Positions 1 through 10,216 of a stretch of DNA of 64,000 bases are shown here, piece by piece (positions within the stretch are counted from its first letter, which is position 1; every line of letters begins with the position of its first letter). This DNA is from an uncultured Gammaproteobacteria bacterium (GTDB taxonomy: Bacteria; Pseudomonadota; Gammaproteobacteria; Steroidobacterales; Steroidobacteraceae). The notes beneath the pieces were generated by a model. That model worked only from the letters and a program-made list of their open reading frames with translations, searched no databases and was not told the DNA's origin. Location of the stretch: positions 177,190-241,189 of the forward strand of contig CAWCDZ010000001.1 of assembly GCA_963794445.1 (NCBI GenBank), read 5' to 3'. Position numbers and translations under genes: made by a program.

Positions 1-1130
1 GGTGTTCAAGGGCAACGCCATGACCGAATACGGCCGTGAAGACTACAAGGTCGAAGAAGCCGCACGGCAGGGCGCGCAGGGCGTGTTGTTGATCCACGAT
101 GCGGCGGCCATGGGCTATGGTTGGAATGCGGTTCAGGCCACATGGGGCGGCGTGCAATTCGAACTGCAGGCGCCGGATACGGAGCCCGGCCGTCCCGCCC
201 TCGAAGGCTGGCTGCAGTATGACGCGGCGCGGGCCCTGTTCAGCGCCGCGGGCATCGATTTCGCGCGAACGGCCGTTGCGGCGGCGCACCCGGGATTCAA
301 AGCCGTGCCGCTCAGGCTGAGCGTCGATGCGACCATTCACAATACGGTCCGCGCCTTCAACTCGCAGAATGTTCTGGGCATCTGGCCCGGACGCAAATCG
401 CATGAATATGTGCTCTATACGGCGCACTGGGATTCAATGGGCGTGGACCCGGCCCGGAGCGGCCACAACATATTCAATGGCGCCGTCGACGATGCCACCG
501 GCGTCGCCGGCTTGCTGGCGTTGGCACAGTCCTTCAAGCGCACCATCGATCCAGTGCCCGAACGGTCCATCGCCTTTCTGGCCACTACGGCCGCGCAACC
601 CAATCTTCTGGGCTCGCAGTACTACGTACAGAATCCGCTACTGCCGCTGCGGGAAATCCTGGCCGTCATCAACATCGACATGCTGATACGACGGCGGACC
701 CACCCGGGATGTCAGCATCCTGGGGTTTGGCAACAGCGACTTGGACGATGCGGTGCGCGCCGAAGCGCTGCTGCAGGGCCGCGTGGCGCGTCCTGAGCCG
801 AACCCGCAATTCGGACTGTTCTTCAATTCGGACAGCTACAGCTTTGCGCATCGCGGCGTGCCGGTGATCTATACACAGGCGGGCATCGACAGCGCGGCGC
901 GCGGCCCCGTGTGGGGCAAGGCGCACATCGAGGATTACTTCGCACACCGTTTTCGCCAGCCCGGCGATCAATATGCCGCCGACTGGAACGTCGAGGGCGC
1001 GGTTAGCGATCTGACGCTGGACTATCGGCTGGGCATTCGTATCGCCGCCAGCCGGCATTTTCCGCGTTGGTATCCCGATAGCGAGTTTCGCGCCTCCCAC
1101 CATGGCGCCAACCCCACGTCCGACGAATAG
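1..1130 (+). CDS. M28-family zinc aminopeptidase (5' end outside window; one frame change near 680-740)
   Basis: ORF 2..796 has M28 hallmarks (YTAHWDSMG, NGAVDDATGVAGLLALAQSF). The C-terminal part (FNSDSYSFAHRGVPV...) continues in ORF 741..1130 in another frame. Confidence 0.75.
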
Positions 1131-1139
1131 GACCGGCTG

Positions 1140-1352
1140 CTAGCGTTTACCGACCCGGGTCCAGTTCTTGGTGCGATCGAAGCTGCCCGAGGTGTTGTAA
1201 GGATCCGAGCCTTGATCCTTGTAGGAGGGCCTCTTCGGTGCGGTATCCAGAGCCAAGGCTTGCGCGGCTTTGGCCTTACGCAGCTCGCGCACGGCGAAAC
1301 TGAAGTCGGAATCGTTGGCCCCCGGTGTTTTGTAATCGCTCGCCATCGTCAC
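1140..1352 (-). CDS. hypothetical small protein (70 aa)
   Basis: Isolated ORF with no competing ORF of better quality. No family recognised. Confidence 0.35.
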   Translation of the reverse strand: MTMASDYKTPGANDSDFSFAVRELRKAKAAQALALDTAPKRPSYKDQGSDPYNTSGSFDRTKNWTRVGKR

Positions 1353-1514
1353 GCCTCTTCAAAAAATCCAACCACTTGTCAATCTTCTAGTTCTCAAGAC
1401 GCCCGCAGAGCGAATGTTCCCAAATTGCGACAGGCACGATGCAGCTGCATCGCGAAACTGTGACGCGGTTCAAGTCGATCCAGACATAAGATCGTCGCGG
1501 CAGGACTTAACGGG

Positions 1515-3046
1515 CTAACCGCTCTTGGCGAGCGGCGCGGCGAGTTGCCGGTCGAACGGTACCGAGCGGTTGCGCCCGCGCAATTTGGCCGTGTAGAGCG
1601 CCTGATCGGCCGCCTTGACGAATTCGCCGTAGTTGGGAAATTGCAGTTGCGCGCCGTGAGTCGCGCAGCCGATTGAAACGGTGACCTTGGCGTGGTGCGA
1701 ACCGACCACGTGGCCGGTGTTGCGAAACGCCATCACGATGCGCTCGCAGATGCTGTGTGCGGTGTCGGCATCAGTGGCCGGCAAAACCACCACGAACTCT
1801 TCGCCGCCGTAGCGCGCAATCGTGTCGGTCTCGCGGGTGTTGCCGCGTAGGATGCGCGCGGTGGCCTGCAGGACGCGATCGCCCGCCTGGTGCCCGAAGT
1901 TTTCGTTGAGCAGCTTGAAGTTGTCGAGATCCACGAAGGCGACGCTCAAGGGCCATTGTGCCGCGACGAGTTTTCGAATTCGCGCGCCAGAAATTGTTCC
2001 AGATAGCCGCGGTTGTACACGCCGGTCAACGCATCGCGGCGCGTCTCCTCCTCGAGCTCGCTCGATTGCGGCGCTGGAGCTTTCGCGCTGGCGCGCAGCG
2101 TATTGATTTCACGCAGCGCGTGCAGGCTGCGCAGCATCAGCACCTCGCGCGCCTGTTCGAGGATCAGGTCTGGATGCTGCTTGGCCAGATGATCGGATCT
2201 CGAAGATCGCTTCGGTTTCCGGAATCATCGATCCGATGGTTCCGAGGACCTGGCCGAAGGCCACCTTGATCCAGGCCCAAACTGCGTTCGGCGCATAGCG
2301 CCGTCTCTGCGAATTGACGCTGCTCGGGATCCAGCAGGAACAGATCCGCCACCGGACCTGAGAGCGCGACGCAGCGGTCGAAGATCTGCGCGGGTTGATC
2401 GCTCGAACTCAGCTCCAAATGATGGCTGCGCTCGATGGCTTTGCAGAGCCGGGGCGGCAAGTTCCAGGTCCGCATGAGCCACCCGCCGACGGCGGCATGA
2501 TCGGCTTGCAGCCGTTTCTTCTCGTGCTCGGCGAGCGCCGCGTGGTCGCGCTGCAGTGCTTCGCCGCCGCGATACAAGATCGGGCACCGCCTGGTCGAGC
2601 GCCAGCATGCCGACATCCTGCAGCAATGCCGCCAGGAAGATTTCTTCGGCCAGTCGTCTGGCGCATGGCATCGCCGAGCGCGCGCGCCGCCGTCGCGCGC
2701 CAGGAGGGCACGGCGCCAATAGAGTTTGTAGCTCAGACCGTTGGGTTTGCGCGCCGCGCAGCGATTTCACCAGGGAGAAGCTCAAAGCGAGGGTCAAGGT
2801 GGCATTCAGCCCGAACACGACCAGCGCCTGGCGCAAGTTTTCGCTTTTGCGGCGCTGCGCGTACAGCGGCGAATTGGCGATGCGCAGTACTTTGCTGGAC
2901 AGCGCCGAATCCATGCTCAAGGCCTTGGCGACTTTGCCCATCTCGATCTCGGGATCTTGCGCCAACTCAATGATGTGCGTTGCCACTCCCGGCGGCGACG
3001 GGAAATTCACTGAGCGGCGAAGGTGGGCTTCGATCTCGGGATTCAA
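1515..3046 (-). CDS. HDOD-domain / GGDEF diguanylate cyclase (several frame changes)
   Basis: The N-terminal HDOD-like sequence (FPSPPGVATHIIELAQDPE..., LSSKVLRIANSPLYA) is in ORF 2225..3046 and 2164..2616. The GGDEF domain (RDALTGVYNRGYL in 1946..2143; FVDLDNFKLLNENFGHQAGD, RYGGEEF in 1515..1949) follows. The pieces are collinear but lie in different frames. Confidence 0.8.
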
Positions 3047-3091
3047 AACGCAACTCCAGGCGCAAAAGCGGATGGACCCGCTTATGGCAAG

Positions 3092-3422
3092 TTAGCGTCC
3101 GCGCCGGAGGAAACTTGAGGGTCTAGGGTTCAGGCGCGCGCTGGCGCGCCACCAGGCCCGCAGAGCCCGAAACACGAGATACAGGCCATAGGGGCCGAGA
3201 AAGACGACCCAGGAGGCGATGGATGCCTCTCGCAGGCCCGCGAACAGGCTGGAATAGAGGTGCGCCAAGGCTCGCGCCCTCAAAGCGGCCGAGGGTCGCG
3301 ACGCCCGCGTAAAAAATCAAGACCGGCATGAGGGCCACGCCCAGCAACAGCCCGGCCGCGGCCACCAGCATTTCCGCCGCCCAAGGGCGCTCTTCGGCGA
3401 GCTGCGCGAGACTTAAAGCCAT
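3092..3422 (-). CDS. hypothetical small membrane protein (one frame change near 3285)
   Basis: ATG at 3422 opens MALSLAQLAEERPWAAEMLVAAAGLLLGVALMPVLIFYAG. A hydrophobic continuation (ASWVVFLGPYGLYLVF) is in ORF 3092..3283. Confidence 0.35.
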
Positions 3423-3531
3423 GGCGTAATTGTAAACGAATCCCGCCGGGGCGGCCGCCGCTGTAGAATCAGCCCATGCCGCTCCTGGACGCCGCAGACT
3501 CTGTACGACGCTAAAACCCTGGGCCTTCATT

Positions 3532-3714
3532 GTGCTCGGCGCGGTTTTGGGTGTCGGCGCGATGCTGTGGTCGCTGGCGGCGGGACAATGGACCTTGTGG
3601 CGCGGAGTGTTGTGTCTGGCGGGCGTGGCGCTTGCCATCGTGGGCGGCGCGACCCTGCAGATGCGTCAGGAGTACCGCGCCAACAGCAAGTGGCGGCGAG
3701 ACGCCCCCCCTTGA
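3532..3714 (+). CDS. small two-TM membrane protein (60 aa)
   Basis: Hydrophobic ORF. Its TGA (3712-3714) overlaps a TTG at 3711 that opens the downstream oxidoreductase Rossmann motif (TTGA overlap). Confidence 0.45.
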   Translation: MLGAVLGVGAMLWSLAAGQWTLWRGVLCLAGVALAIVGGATLQMRQEYRANSKWRRDAPP

Positions 3715-4667
3715 TTCGCACGGCAGTGATCGGCGTCGGCTACCTCGGCCGATTTCACGCGCAAAAATACGCCAACCTGCCGAACTCTCAGCTCGTAGGT
3801 ATTGCCGATCCGTCGCCAACGGCGCGGGCCGCCGTGGGGGCGGAACTTCGGGTCGCGGCGCACCAGGATTACCGGGATCTTGTGGGCAAGGTCGATGCCG
3901 TCAGCGTCGTCACGCCCACGGCCTCGCATTTTGAAGTGGCCAAGGCTTTTCTCGACGCCGGCGCGCACGTGCTGGTCGAGAAGCCCATGACCGTGACCAT
4001 CGCCGAAGGCGAGGAGCTCATCGGCATCGCGGCGCGCGCGCAGCGTATTTTGCAGGTGGGCCATCTGGAGCGCTTCAATGCCGCGGTTCTCGCAGTGCAG
4101 CCCACCTTGAGCGTGCCGCGCTTCATCGAATCGGCACGGCTTGCGCCCTTCAAGCATCGCGGCACGGATGTCGACGTGGTGCTGGATCTCATGATCCACG
4201 ACATCGACCTGATTTTGAGCATCGTGCGCTCGCCGGTGGTATCGGTCGATGCCATCGGCACCAGCGTTTTTTCCAGCGAGATCGATATCGCCAATGCGCG
4301 ACTGCGCTTCGCCAACGGCTGCGTCGCGAATGCAACCGCGAGCCGCGTGAGCTTGAAAACCGAGCGCAAGCTGCGCCTGTTCCAGGACGACGCGTATCTG
4401 TCGCTCGATCTGCAGCAGAAGATTCTGACGGTGATTCGCAAGGGCGAGGGCGTGGGGCCGGACGGCATGCCGCAGGTCGCGATCGACGAGAAGACTTACG
4501 AACAGGGCGATGCGCTCAGAGCCGAGATCGAGGCCTTCTTGGCGGCGATTGCCGGCGGCCAGCCCCCGCAGGTGAGCGGCGAGGACGGATTATTGGCCCT
4601 GCGCACCGCGGTGAGCATCGGCCAGCAAGTTTTAAGCTCGATGCAAAAATTTTCCAAACGCGTGTAG
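3711..4667 (+). CDS. Gfo/Idh/MocA-family NAD(P)-dependent oxidoreductase
   Basis: N-terminal Rossmann motif IRTAVIGVGYLGRFHAQKY and an EKP motif (HVLVEKPMT). The long ORF 3567..4667 was trimmed to the TTG at 3711 just before the GxGxxG motif. Confidence 0.85.
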   Translation: MIRTAVIGVGYLGRFHAQKYANLPNSQLVGIADPSPTARAAVGAELRVAAHQDYRDLVGKVDAVSVVTPTASHFEVAKAFLDAGAHVLVEKPMTVTIAEGEELIGIAARAQRILQVGHLERFNAAVLAVQPTLSVPRFIESARLAPFKHRGTDVDVVLDLMIHDIDLILSIVRSPVVSVDAIGTSVFSSEIDIANARLRFANGCVANATASRVSLKTERKLRLFQDDAYLSLDLQQKILTVIRKGEGVGPDGMPQVAIDEKTYEQGDALRAEIEAFLAAIAGGQPPQVSGEDGLLALRTAVSIGQQVLSSMQKFSKRV

Positions 4668-5189
4668 CTAGTGCGCGGGCGGTGCGGCCGATGCAGCCCC
4701 GGTCGGTGCGGCGGGCGCCGGCGGCGGCGGCGGCGGCGCAGCGGAGGGCAGCGCGGTGGCGCCTGGTTCGTTGTCGGTGAAGGTCACTTTGTCGACAAAA
4801 TAGCGCGTGTCGGCAAAACAGTTGGTGGGAATGCCGGGATGTTCGGTGTAATGCAGTTGCACTCTGCGGCCCACCGCCTTGGCCAACTGCTCCGCGACAG
4901 CCTTGTCGCGTACGCTGAAGTCCCATAACTGCGGGGAGCCGGGACCCAGGTACGGGCCGCCGCCGTAGAACAGCGCAATTTCCCCTTCCTGCGTCTTGCA
5001 GATCCAGCCGCGGCGCACGAATTTTTGCAGCACGCCGGCGCGCTCGCCATCGGCATAGGCCCAGGCAAGCGTCAGCCAGGTCCACAGGCCGCCGCCGGCC
5101 ATGATCAGCAGCAGCAGAATCATGAACCAACGGCCGGCGCGTCCAGAACGGCGCCGTGCGGTGTTGTTGGGAACTTCAATTCTGGTCAT
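4668..5189 (-). CDS. hypothetical membrane-anchored protein with Pro/Ala-rich C-terminal tail
   Basis: ORF 4668..5255 trimmed to MTRIEV. It has one TM segment (WFMILLLLIMAGGGLW) and a tail ...PPPPPPAPAAP. Confidence 0.55.
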   Translation of the reverse strand: MTRIEVPNNTARRRSGRAGRWFMILLLLIMAGGGLWTWLTLAWAYADGERAGVLQKFVRRGWICKTQEGEIALFYGGGPYLGPGSPQLWDFSVRDKAVAEQLAKAVGRRVQLHYTEHPGIPTNCFADTRYFVDKVTFTDNEPGATALPSAAPPPPPPAPAAPTGAASAAPPAH

Positions 5190-5323
5190 AAGTAACCGGC
5201 GCGGAGCAAAAAAAATCGCCGAACCCTGGATGCCAGTATGGTAGCCGAAATCCACCGTTGGCAGTTGCCCCCGGAGTTGCCACAGACGGCGTGCGTTGCT
5301 CGCGTGGCTTACCGGGCGCTCTG

Positions 5324-5839
5324 CTACAGCCTGCCCGGCGCTTCATCGCGCACATCGAATACCTGAAAGCCGGCTCGCTGATAGACACCAATGGCGGCGG
5401 GGTGATCCCAGGTATCGGTATGCAGCCATATTCGGGTTGGAGCGGAGCGCCAAATGTCGTGAATCGCGACCGCCAGCAGCCAAGGTCCCAGGCCTCTTCC
5501 TTGGGATTCGGGGACCAACCCAAAGTTCTTCAGTTCTATTTCCGGGAATGCGCCGAGGTCGAACTCGCAAAAGCCCAATGCATGGCCTTGTAGATTCCTG
5601 AGCACGTAGATGCGCAGCAACCGACCCTCAAGCTGTTGCTCGAGCTCCGCTGCGCGCATTTGCAGTCGTTGATCCCAGCGCACCGGCTCACCGACGCGTC
5701 GATATAGCGTCAAATATTCATCGAGGGAAGGGCGCTCGAGCGCTATGCACTCGGTGCCGCTGCGCTCAATCGGAGGCGTTGGCGACTCACGAAGCTCCAT
5801 GTAAGTCACTTGCAAGGTAGCGATATTCGACTCGCTCAT
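5324..5839 (-). CDS. GNAT-family N-acetyltransferase
   Basis: The acetyl-CoA binding-type motif (LVPESQGRGLGPWLL) and YQRAGF lie in ORF 5324..6061. It was trimmed to the ATG at 5839 because the upstream part is antisense to tmRNA. Confidence 0.75.
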   Translation of the reverse strand: MSESNIATLQVTYMELRESPTPPIERSGTECIALERPSLDEYLTLYRRVGEPVRWDQRLQMRAAELEQQLEGRLLRIYVLRNLQGHALGFCEFDLGAFPEIELKNFGLVPESQGRGLGPWLLAVAIHDIWRSAPTRIWLHTDTWDHPAAIGVYQRAGFQVFDVRDEAPGRL

Positions 5840-5916
5840 CGTCGCTCGCTGTTTACCGCACGCCGGCCGCCAGTGCCGCGTGAGTTGGCGGCTATCATTA
5901 CCTCGATAGTGAACAA

Positions 5917-6268
5917 TGGTGGAGCCGGGGGGAATCGAACCCCCGTCCATAAGTCCTACGCTGCAAGATCTACGTACGTAGCCACGTCTATTGTTCTCAC
6001 CGCACGCTACCCAACGGGCAGGGAAAGCGCGCAGCCAGCCCGGTAATTTTTCGTTTAACACACCCCAGGCACGTGTGCTCCACTATCTGATGAGCGCTAC
6101 ACTTAAACATTCGCATCAGCACGAGCTGCTTAAGTTTCAACCGCGATTAGGCGGCTAGAGCGTAGTTGTCTTGATTGGCAACTATAAGTTTGCAAATAGT
6201 TTTACGAGGAACCTGCACCTCGGTACGCCCCTGCAGTTTCGCAACCCATGTCGAAACCGGTCGGCCCC
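5917..6268 (-). ncRNA. ssrA: tmRNA (SsrA), tag peptide ANQDNYALAA
   Basis: On the minus strand the 5' end reads GGGGCCGACCGGTTTCGACATGGG. The 3' end reads GGACGGGGGTTCGATTCCCCCCGGCTCCACCA (tRNA-Ala-like, CCA). The tag frame GCC AAT CAA GAC AAC TAC GCT CTA GCC GCC TAA lies at 6147-6179. The gene sits directly downstream of smpB. Confidence 0.95.
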
Positions 6269-6317
6269 ATCGAATCCCCAGTTTACGCTTTTTTCACCCA
6301 CCGCGTCAGTGACCAGG

Positions 6318-6791
6318 CTAGCGGCGCATCGCCTTCATGATTCGGCCCTTGTCGCGCTGCCAGTCGCGGTCCTTTTCCGTGTGGCGCTTGTCGTGCTGCT
6401 TTTTGCCTTTGGCCAGGCCCACGCTCAGCTTGGCGCGCCCCGCCTTCCAATAGAGCTCCAGCGGCACCAGCGTATAGCCGCGCCGTTCCACGGCGCCGAC
6501 CAAGTGATCCAGCTCGCGGCGGTTCAGCAGCAGCTTGCGCGTGCGTGTCGGATCGGTCTCCACGTGGGTGGAGGCCGAGGTCAGGGGATTCAAGTGGGCG
6601 CCGAACAGGAACGCCTCGCCATTCTTGACGTAGACATAGGCCTCGGCGATCTGTGCCTTGCCGGCGCGCATGCTCTTGACCTCCCACCCCATCAGGGAAA
6701 TGCCGGCCTCCAAGCGCTCTTCGATGAAATAGTCGAAGCGTGCTTTGCGGTTGACTGCGATCGGCGGTAGTTTTTCGGGTGCCTTTGCCAC
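6318..6791 (-). CDS. smpB: SsrA-binding protein SmpB
   Basis: Intact 157-aa ORF with conserved [21 protein letters not shown] and TRTRKLLL motifs. Confidence 0.97.
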   Translation of the reverse strand: MAKAPEKLPPIAVNRKARFDYFIEERLEAGISLMGWEVKSMRAGKAQIAEAYVYVKNGEAFLFGAHLNPLTSASTHVETDPTRTRKLLLNRRELDHLVGAVERRGYTLVPLELYWKAGRAKLSVGLAKGKKQHDKRHTEKDRDWQRDKGRIMKAMRR

Positions 6792-6851
6792 GCGCTGAAG
6801 TCTACCGATTGTCCGATGGCGGCGCCCGCGCTTTTGCCGGACAATGCGCCC

Positions 6852-7283
6852 ATGCAGGTAGTCGAGCGCAGCGCCCTAGTCACCTTCACGCCCGCACAAA
6901 TGTTTGCCCTGGTGAATGATGTGCCTCGCTACCCGGAGTTCCTGCCCTGGTGCGTCGCGGTTCGCGTCGAGGAAGTCTCGGCAACCGAGCGCATCGCGAT
7001 GCTGAAAATCGCACACGGGGTTTTGAAGACCGAATTCACGACGCGCAATACGCTGGTTCCGGACGCGCGCATCGACATGCGCCTGACGCACGGGCCGTTC
7101 CGCGATCTCACCGGTGCGTGGCGCTTCGATGCCATCGGCGAGCGCGGCTGCCGCGTGAACTTCAAAGTGGAATTCGAGTTCAAGAACCGGCTCACCTCCG
7201 CGGCTTTCAATGCGGTTTTCGAAACATTGTGCGGCAGCATCGTGGATGCGTTCGTGGTCCGCGCGCAAAAAGTCTACGGTTAG
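6852..7283 (+). CDS. ratA: SRPBCC-fold ribosome association toxin RatA / CoQ-binding (PasT) family
   Basis: [10 protein letters not shown]...[14 protein letters not shown] motif. The position between smpB and rnfH is conserved. Confidence 0.85.
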   Translation: MQVVERSALVTFTPAQMFALVNDVPRYPEFLPWCVAVRVEEVSATERIAMLKIAHGVLKTEFTTRNTLVPDARIDMRLTHGPFRDLTGAWRFDAIGERGCRVNFKVEFEFKNRLTSAAFNAVFETLCGSIVDAFVVRAQKVYG

Positions 7284-7296
7284 CACAGCTGCCGTG

Positions 7297-7575
7297 ATGC
7301 GCGTCGACATCGTTTACGCAGAGCCGCAGCGCAGCCTCATGAAGTCTTTGAGCGTGGCGCAGGGCGCGGTGATCGCTGACGCTTTGAAACTGGCGGCGCT
7401 GGAAAAGGATTTTCAGGGCCTCGATTTGGCGAACGCGACGGTCGGCATCTTCGGCAAGGTGGCGCCGCGAGATCAGCCGCTCAAAGACGGCGATCGAATC
7501 GAGATTTACCGGCCGCTGCTCGAAGAACCCAAGCTCGCCCGCCGCAAGCGGGTCAGTAAATCCGGCCGTTTTTGA
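7297..7575 (+). CDS. rnfH: RnfH-family ubiquitin-like protein
   Basis: MRVDIVYAEPQRS...GIFGK...LKDGDRIEIYRPL is typical of RnfH. It lies immediately after ratA. Confidence 0.85.
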   Translation: MRVDIVYAEPQRSLMKSLSVAQGAVIADALKLAALEKDFQGLDLANATVGIFGKVAPRDQPLKDGDRIEIYRPLLEEPKLARRKRVSKSGRF

Positions 7576-7921
7576 TTTTCGCCGCCGACGCGTCTTGGGC
7601 CGCGGCTTCCGCATCCGTGGGTTTATCCAAGCGCGCGACTTTGTCGCCGTCGAAATAGACGGTGACACGGCGCGAGTCGACGTGCCGCGTGCGGCCTTTC
7701 TTGAGATAGTAGATATAGTCCCAACGTTCCTTGTCGAAGCTGTCGGCCACCATCGGAGTTCCCAACAAGTAGCGCACCTGACTGCGCGTCATGCCGGGCT
7801 TCACAGTGTCGACGGCGCTCTGGTTGAGGAAATTACCCTGTTGAATGTTGATGCGGTAAACACAGCCCGAAGCCAGCAATGAGAACGCGGACCCCAAAAC
7901 AAGGCGCTGAATTATTTTCAT
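7553..7921 (-). CDS. bamE: outer-membrane protein assembly factor BamE (SmpA/OmlA lipoprotein)
   Basis: Lipobox LLASGC, then YRINIQQGNFL and GMTRSQVRYLLGTP motifs. Confidence 0.9.
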   Translation of the reverse strand: MKIIQRLVLGSAFSLLASGCVYRINIQQGNFLNQSAVDTVKPGMTRSQVRYLLGTPMVADSFDKERWDYIYYLKKGRTRHVDSRRVTVYFDGDKVARLDKPTDAEAAAQDASAAKIKNGRIY

Positions 7922-7941
7922 GAAAGTGGTGAACAGCCGTC

Positions 7942-7960
7942 AAATGATTGATAATCAAGC
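7942..7960 (+). promoter_or_regulatory. candidate Fur box upstream of fur
   Basis: AAATGATTGATAATCAAGC contains the GATAATCA core of the GATAATGATAATCATTATC consensus, about 25 nt upstream of the fur ATG. The match outside the core is only partial. Confidence 0.35.
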
Positions 7961-7983
7961 CCTATCATACCGGAAGGCCCAGC

Positions 7984-8454
7984 ATGCCGCAGCGCCTAAA
8001 ACCTGACTCGACCAGCGAAAGCAATGACCTGCGCAATGCGGGTCTGAAAGTAACGCTGCCGCGCCTGAAAATTTTGGACATTCTCGCGGACGGCTCCGCG
8101 CGCCATATGAGCGCGGAGGACATCTACAAGAAACTGCTGGTTTCCAATGAGGACATCGGCCTCGCCACTGTGTATCGAGTGCTTACCCAATTCGAGGCCG
8201 CGGGTCTGGTCACGCGTCATCATTTCGAAGGCGGCATGGCCGTATTCGAGCTCAACCAGGGCGCGCATCACGATCACATCGTGTGTGTGGACTGCGGCAA
8301 GGTGGAAGAGTTCATGGACGGCGGCATCGAAGAGCGGCAGCACGCCGTGGCCAAACGCCTGGGGTTCGAGATCAGCGATCACGCGCTGATCCTCTACGGG
8401 CATTGCCGCAAGGCAAACTGCCCGAATCAAAAGCGCGCCAAGACAGCGTCCTGA
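7984..8454 (+). CDS. fur: ferric uptake regulator Fur
   Basis: LKVTLPRLKILDIL, ATVYRVLTQFEAAGLV, HHDHIVCVDCGKVEEF and HCRKANC metal-site motifs. ORF 7948..8454 trimmed to the ATG at 7984. Confidence 0.95.
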   Translation: MPQRLKPDSTSESNDLRNAGLKVTLPRLKILDILADGSARHMSAEDIYKKLLVSNEDIGLATVYRVLTQFEAAGLVTRHHFEGGMAVFELNQGAHHDHIVCVDCGKVEEFMDGGIEERQHAVAKRLGFEISDHALILYGHCRKANCPNQKRAKTAS

Positions 8455-8498
8455 CCAGGCCAGCGTCCGAAGCGGTGCGCAAAAGCCGCTCCGGGGCC

Positions 8499-10213
8499 TC
8501 AGCGCGGGGTGCTGCGCGACCCTTTTTTCCTGGGAGCCTCGGCGGGCGCGGCCCGCGCCAGCATCTCGCGCGCATGCGCGCGCGCCTGCTCGGTGATATC
8601 GATCCCGCCGAGCATGCGGGCAATCTCGTCGGTGCGCTCCGCCGGCCCCAGCGGCTTGACGGCGGTGCGCGTGATCTTGCCGTCGCTGAGCTTGGTCACG
8701 CGAAATTGACTGTGCGCTTGGGCTGCGACTTGCGCGAGATGCGTCACGCACAGCACCTGGGCCCGCTCGCCCAGCGCGCGCAGCTGCCGCCCGACGATCT
8801 CGGCGACCGCGCCGCCGATGCCGGCGTCGACTTCATCGAACACCATGCAAAGCGGCGAGGAGGCGGCGCGTCCGGCCACTTGGATCGCGAGACTGATGCG
8901 CGACAATTCGCCGCCGGAGGCCACCTTGGCCAAGCTCTTGAGCGGCTGCCCGGGATTGGCGCTCACCAGGAATTCCACCTCATCGCTGCCGTAGGCGGAG
9001 AATTCCGCTTCGCTGCGGGTTACCTGGACCGCGAAACTGGCCGCCCGCCATACCCAAGGTTTGCATGAGCTCGGTGACCTGAACTCCCAACAATTGCGCG
9101 GCCGTGTGCCGCGCCGCGCTGAGGTTTTGCGCTGCACTGCGGTACTCGGCCGTGGCCGCGTCGACCTGCTTCTCGAGAACCGTCAGGCTGAGCCCGACAT
9201 TGTCGAGCGTGGTCGCCTCCTGCTCGAGGCGCGCCAGCTGGTCGGGCAGTTCGCGGACGGCCACGCGATGCTTTCTCGCCAAGGCTTCGAGCGCCGCCGC
9301 GCGCCGTTCGATCTCGTCCTGGCGGCCAGGATCGATGTCCAGGTCTTCGCACGTAGCGCCGCAACGACTCCGCCGCCTCTTGCGTCAGGATCGCCGCTTC
9401 TGCCAATAGTTTGCCGACCTCGCCCAATTCAGGGTCGATGTCCGACACGCCGCGCAGCGCAGCCGATCGCCCTGCCGAGCAGATCGTGAGCGCTGTCGCC
9501 GTCGGATTCGTAAGCCGCGGTGAGCGCCGTGCGCAGCCGCGACGCTCAGGCGACCGCGGCCGGCGGCGCGTTTTTGGTCGGCGAAGAGTTCTTCGATTTG
9601 CGCCGCGCTCGACACTTCCGCCTTGAGTTCGCGCAGTTGGTAGCGCAGCAGGTCCAGGCGCGCATCGCGGTCTTGGCGCCGCGATTTTCAGCGCCTCGAA
9701 TTCGCGGCGGCCTGCGCTGTAGCGCTCGAAAGCCTCGGCGACAGCGCTCTTCAAGGCCGGCGCGCTCAGGCGCTCATCGAGCAAGTCGCGCTGGGCGGCG
9801 CGGCTTATCAGATGCTGGAACTCTTGTTGACCGTGGATTTCGATCAGCAACTCGGCCAGTTCCCGCAGAGACTGCAACGATACCACCTGACCGTTCACGT
9901 AGGCGCGCGAGCGGCCATCCGCGCCGATCACCCGCCGCACCACGAGCTCGCCGTCGCAATCGATCGACTGCTCTTCGAGCCAGGCGCGGGCAGCCTGCGG
10001 CAAAGCCGAAAAGCTCGCGCTGACTTCGGCACGCTCGGCACCCTGGCGCGCGATATCGCCGGTCCCGCGCCCGCCGGCGATCAGCAGCAGCGCGTCCACG
10101 ACGATGGATTTACCCGCGCCGGTCTCGCCGGTGAGCGCGGTCAGGCCGCCGCCGAGTTCGAGCTCGGCTTGATCGACGAGAACCAAATCCCGCAATTGAA
10201 GATGCGTCAGCAC
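8499..10213 (-). CDS. recN: DNA repair protein RecN (at least 3 frame changes)
   Basis: The N-terminal Walker A (LTALTGETGAGKS) is in ORF 9020..10213, middle coiled-coil pieces are in 9385..9615 and 8980..9282, and the C-terminal signature/Walker B (ASGGELSRISLAIQV, MVFDEVDAGIGG, QVLCVTHLAQVAA) is in 8499..9137. Confidence 0.9.
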
Positions 10214-10216
10214 GGC

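Noticed and set aside
1437-1452. A perfect 16-bp palindrome CGATGCAGCTGCATCG between the GGDEF gene end and the small ORF at 1140..1352.
   Set aside because: It could be an operator or a short hairpin. However, there is no T-run, no partner regulator and no repetition elsewhere in the window, so there is not enough evidence to call it a feature.
4718-4738. A (CGG)n/(GGC)n microsatellite as a possible phase-variation tract.
   Set aside because: It is in frame and simply encodes the poly-Pro tail of the 4668..5189 protein. A trinucleotide period would not switch the frame.
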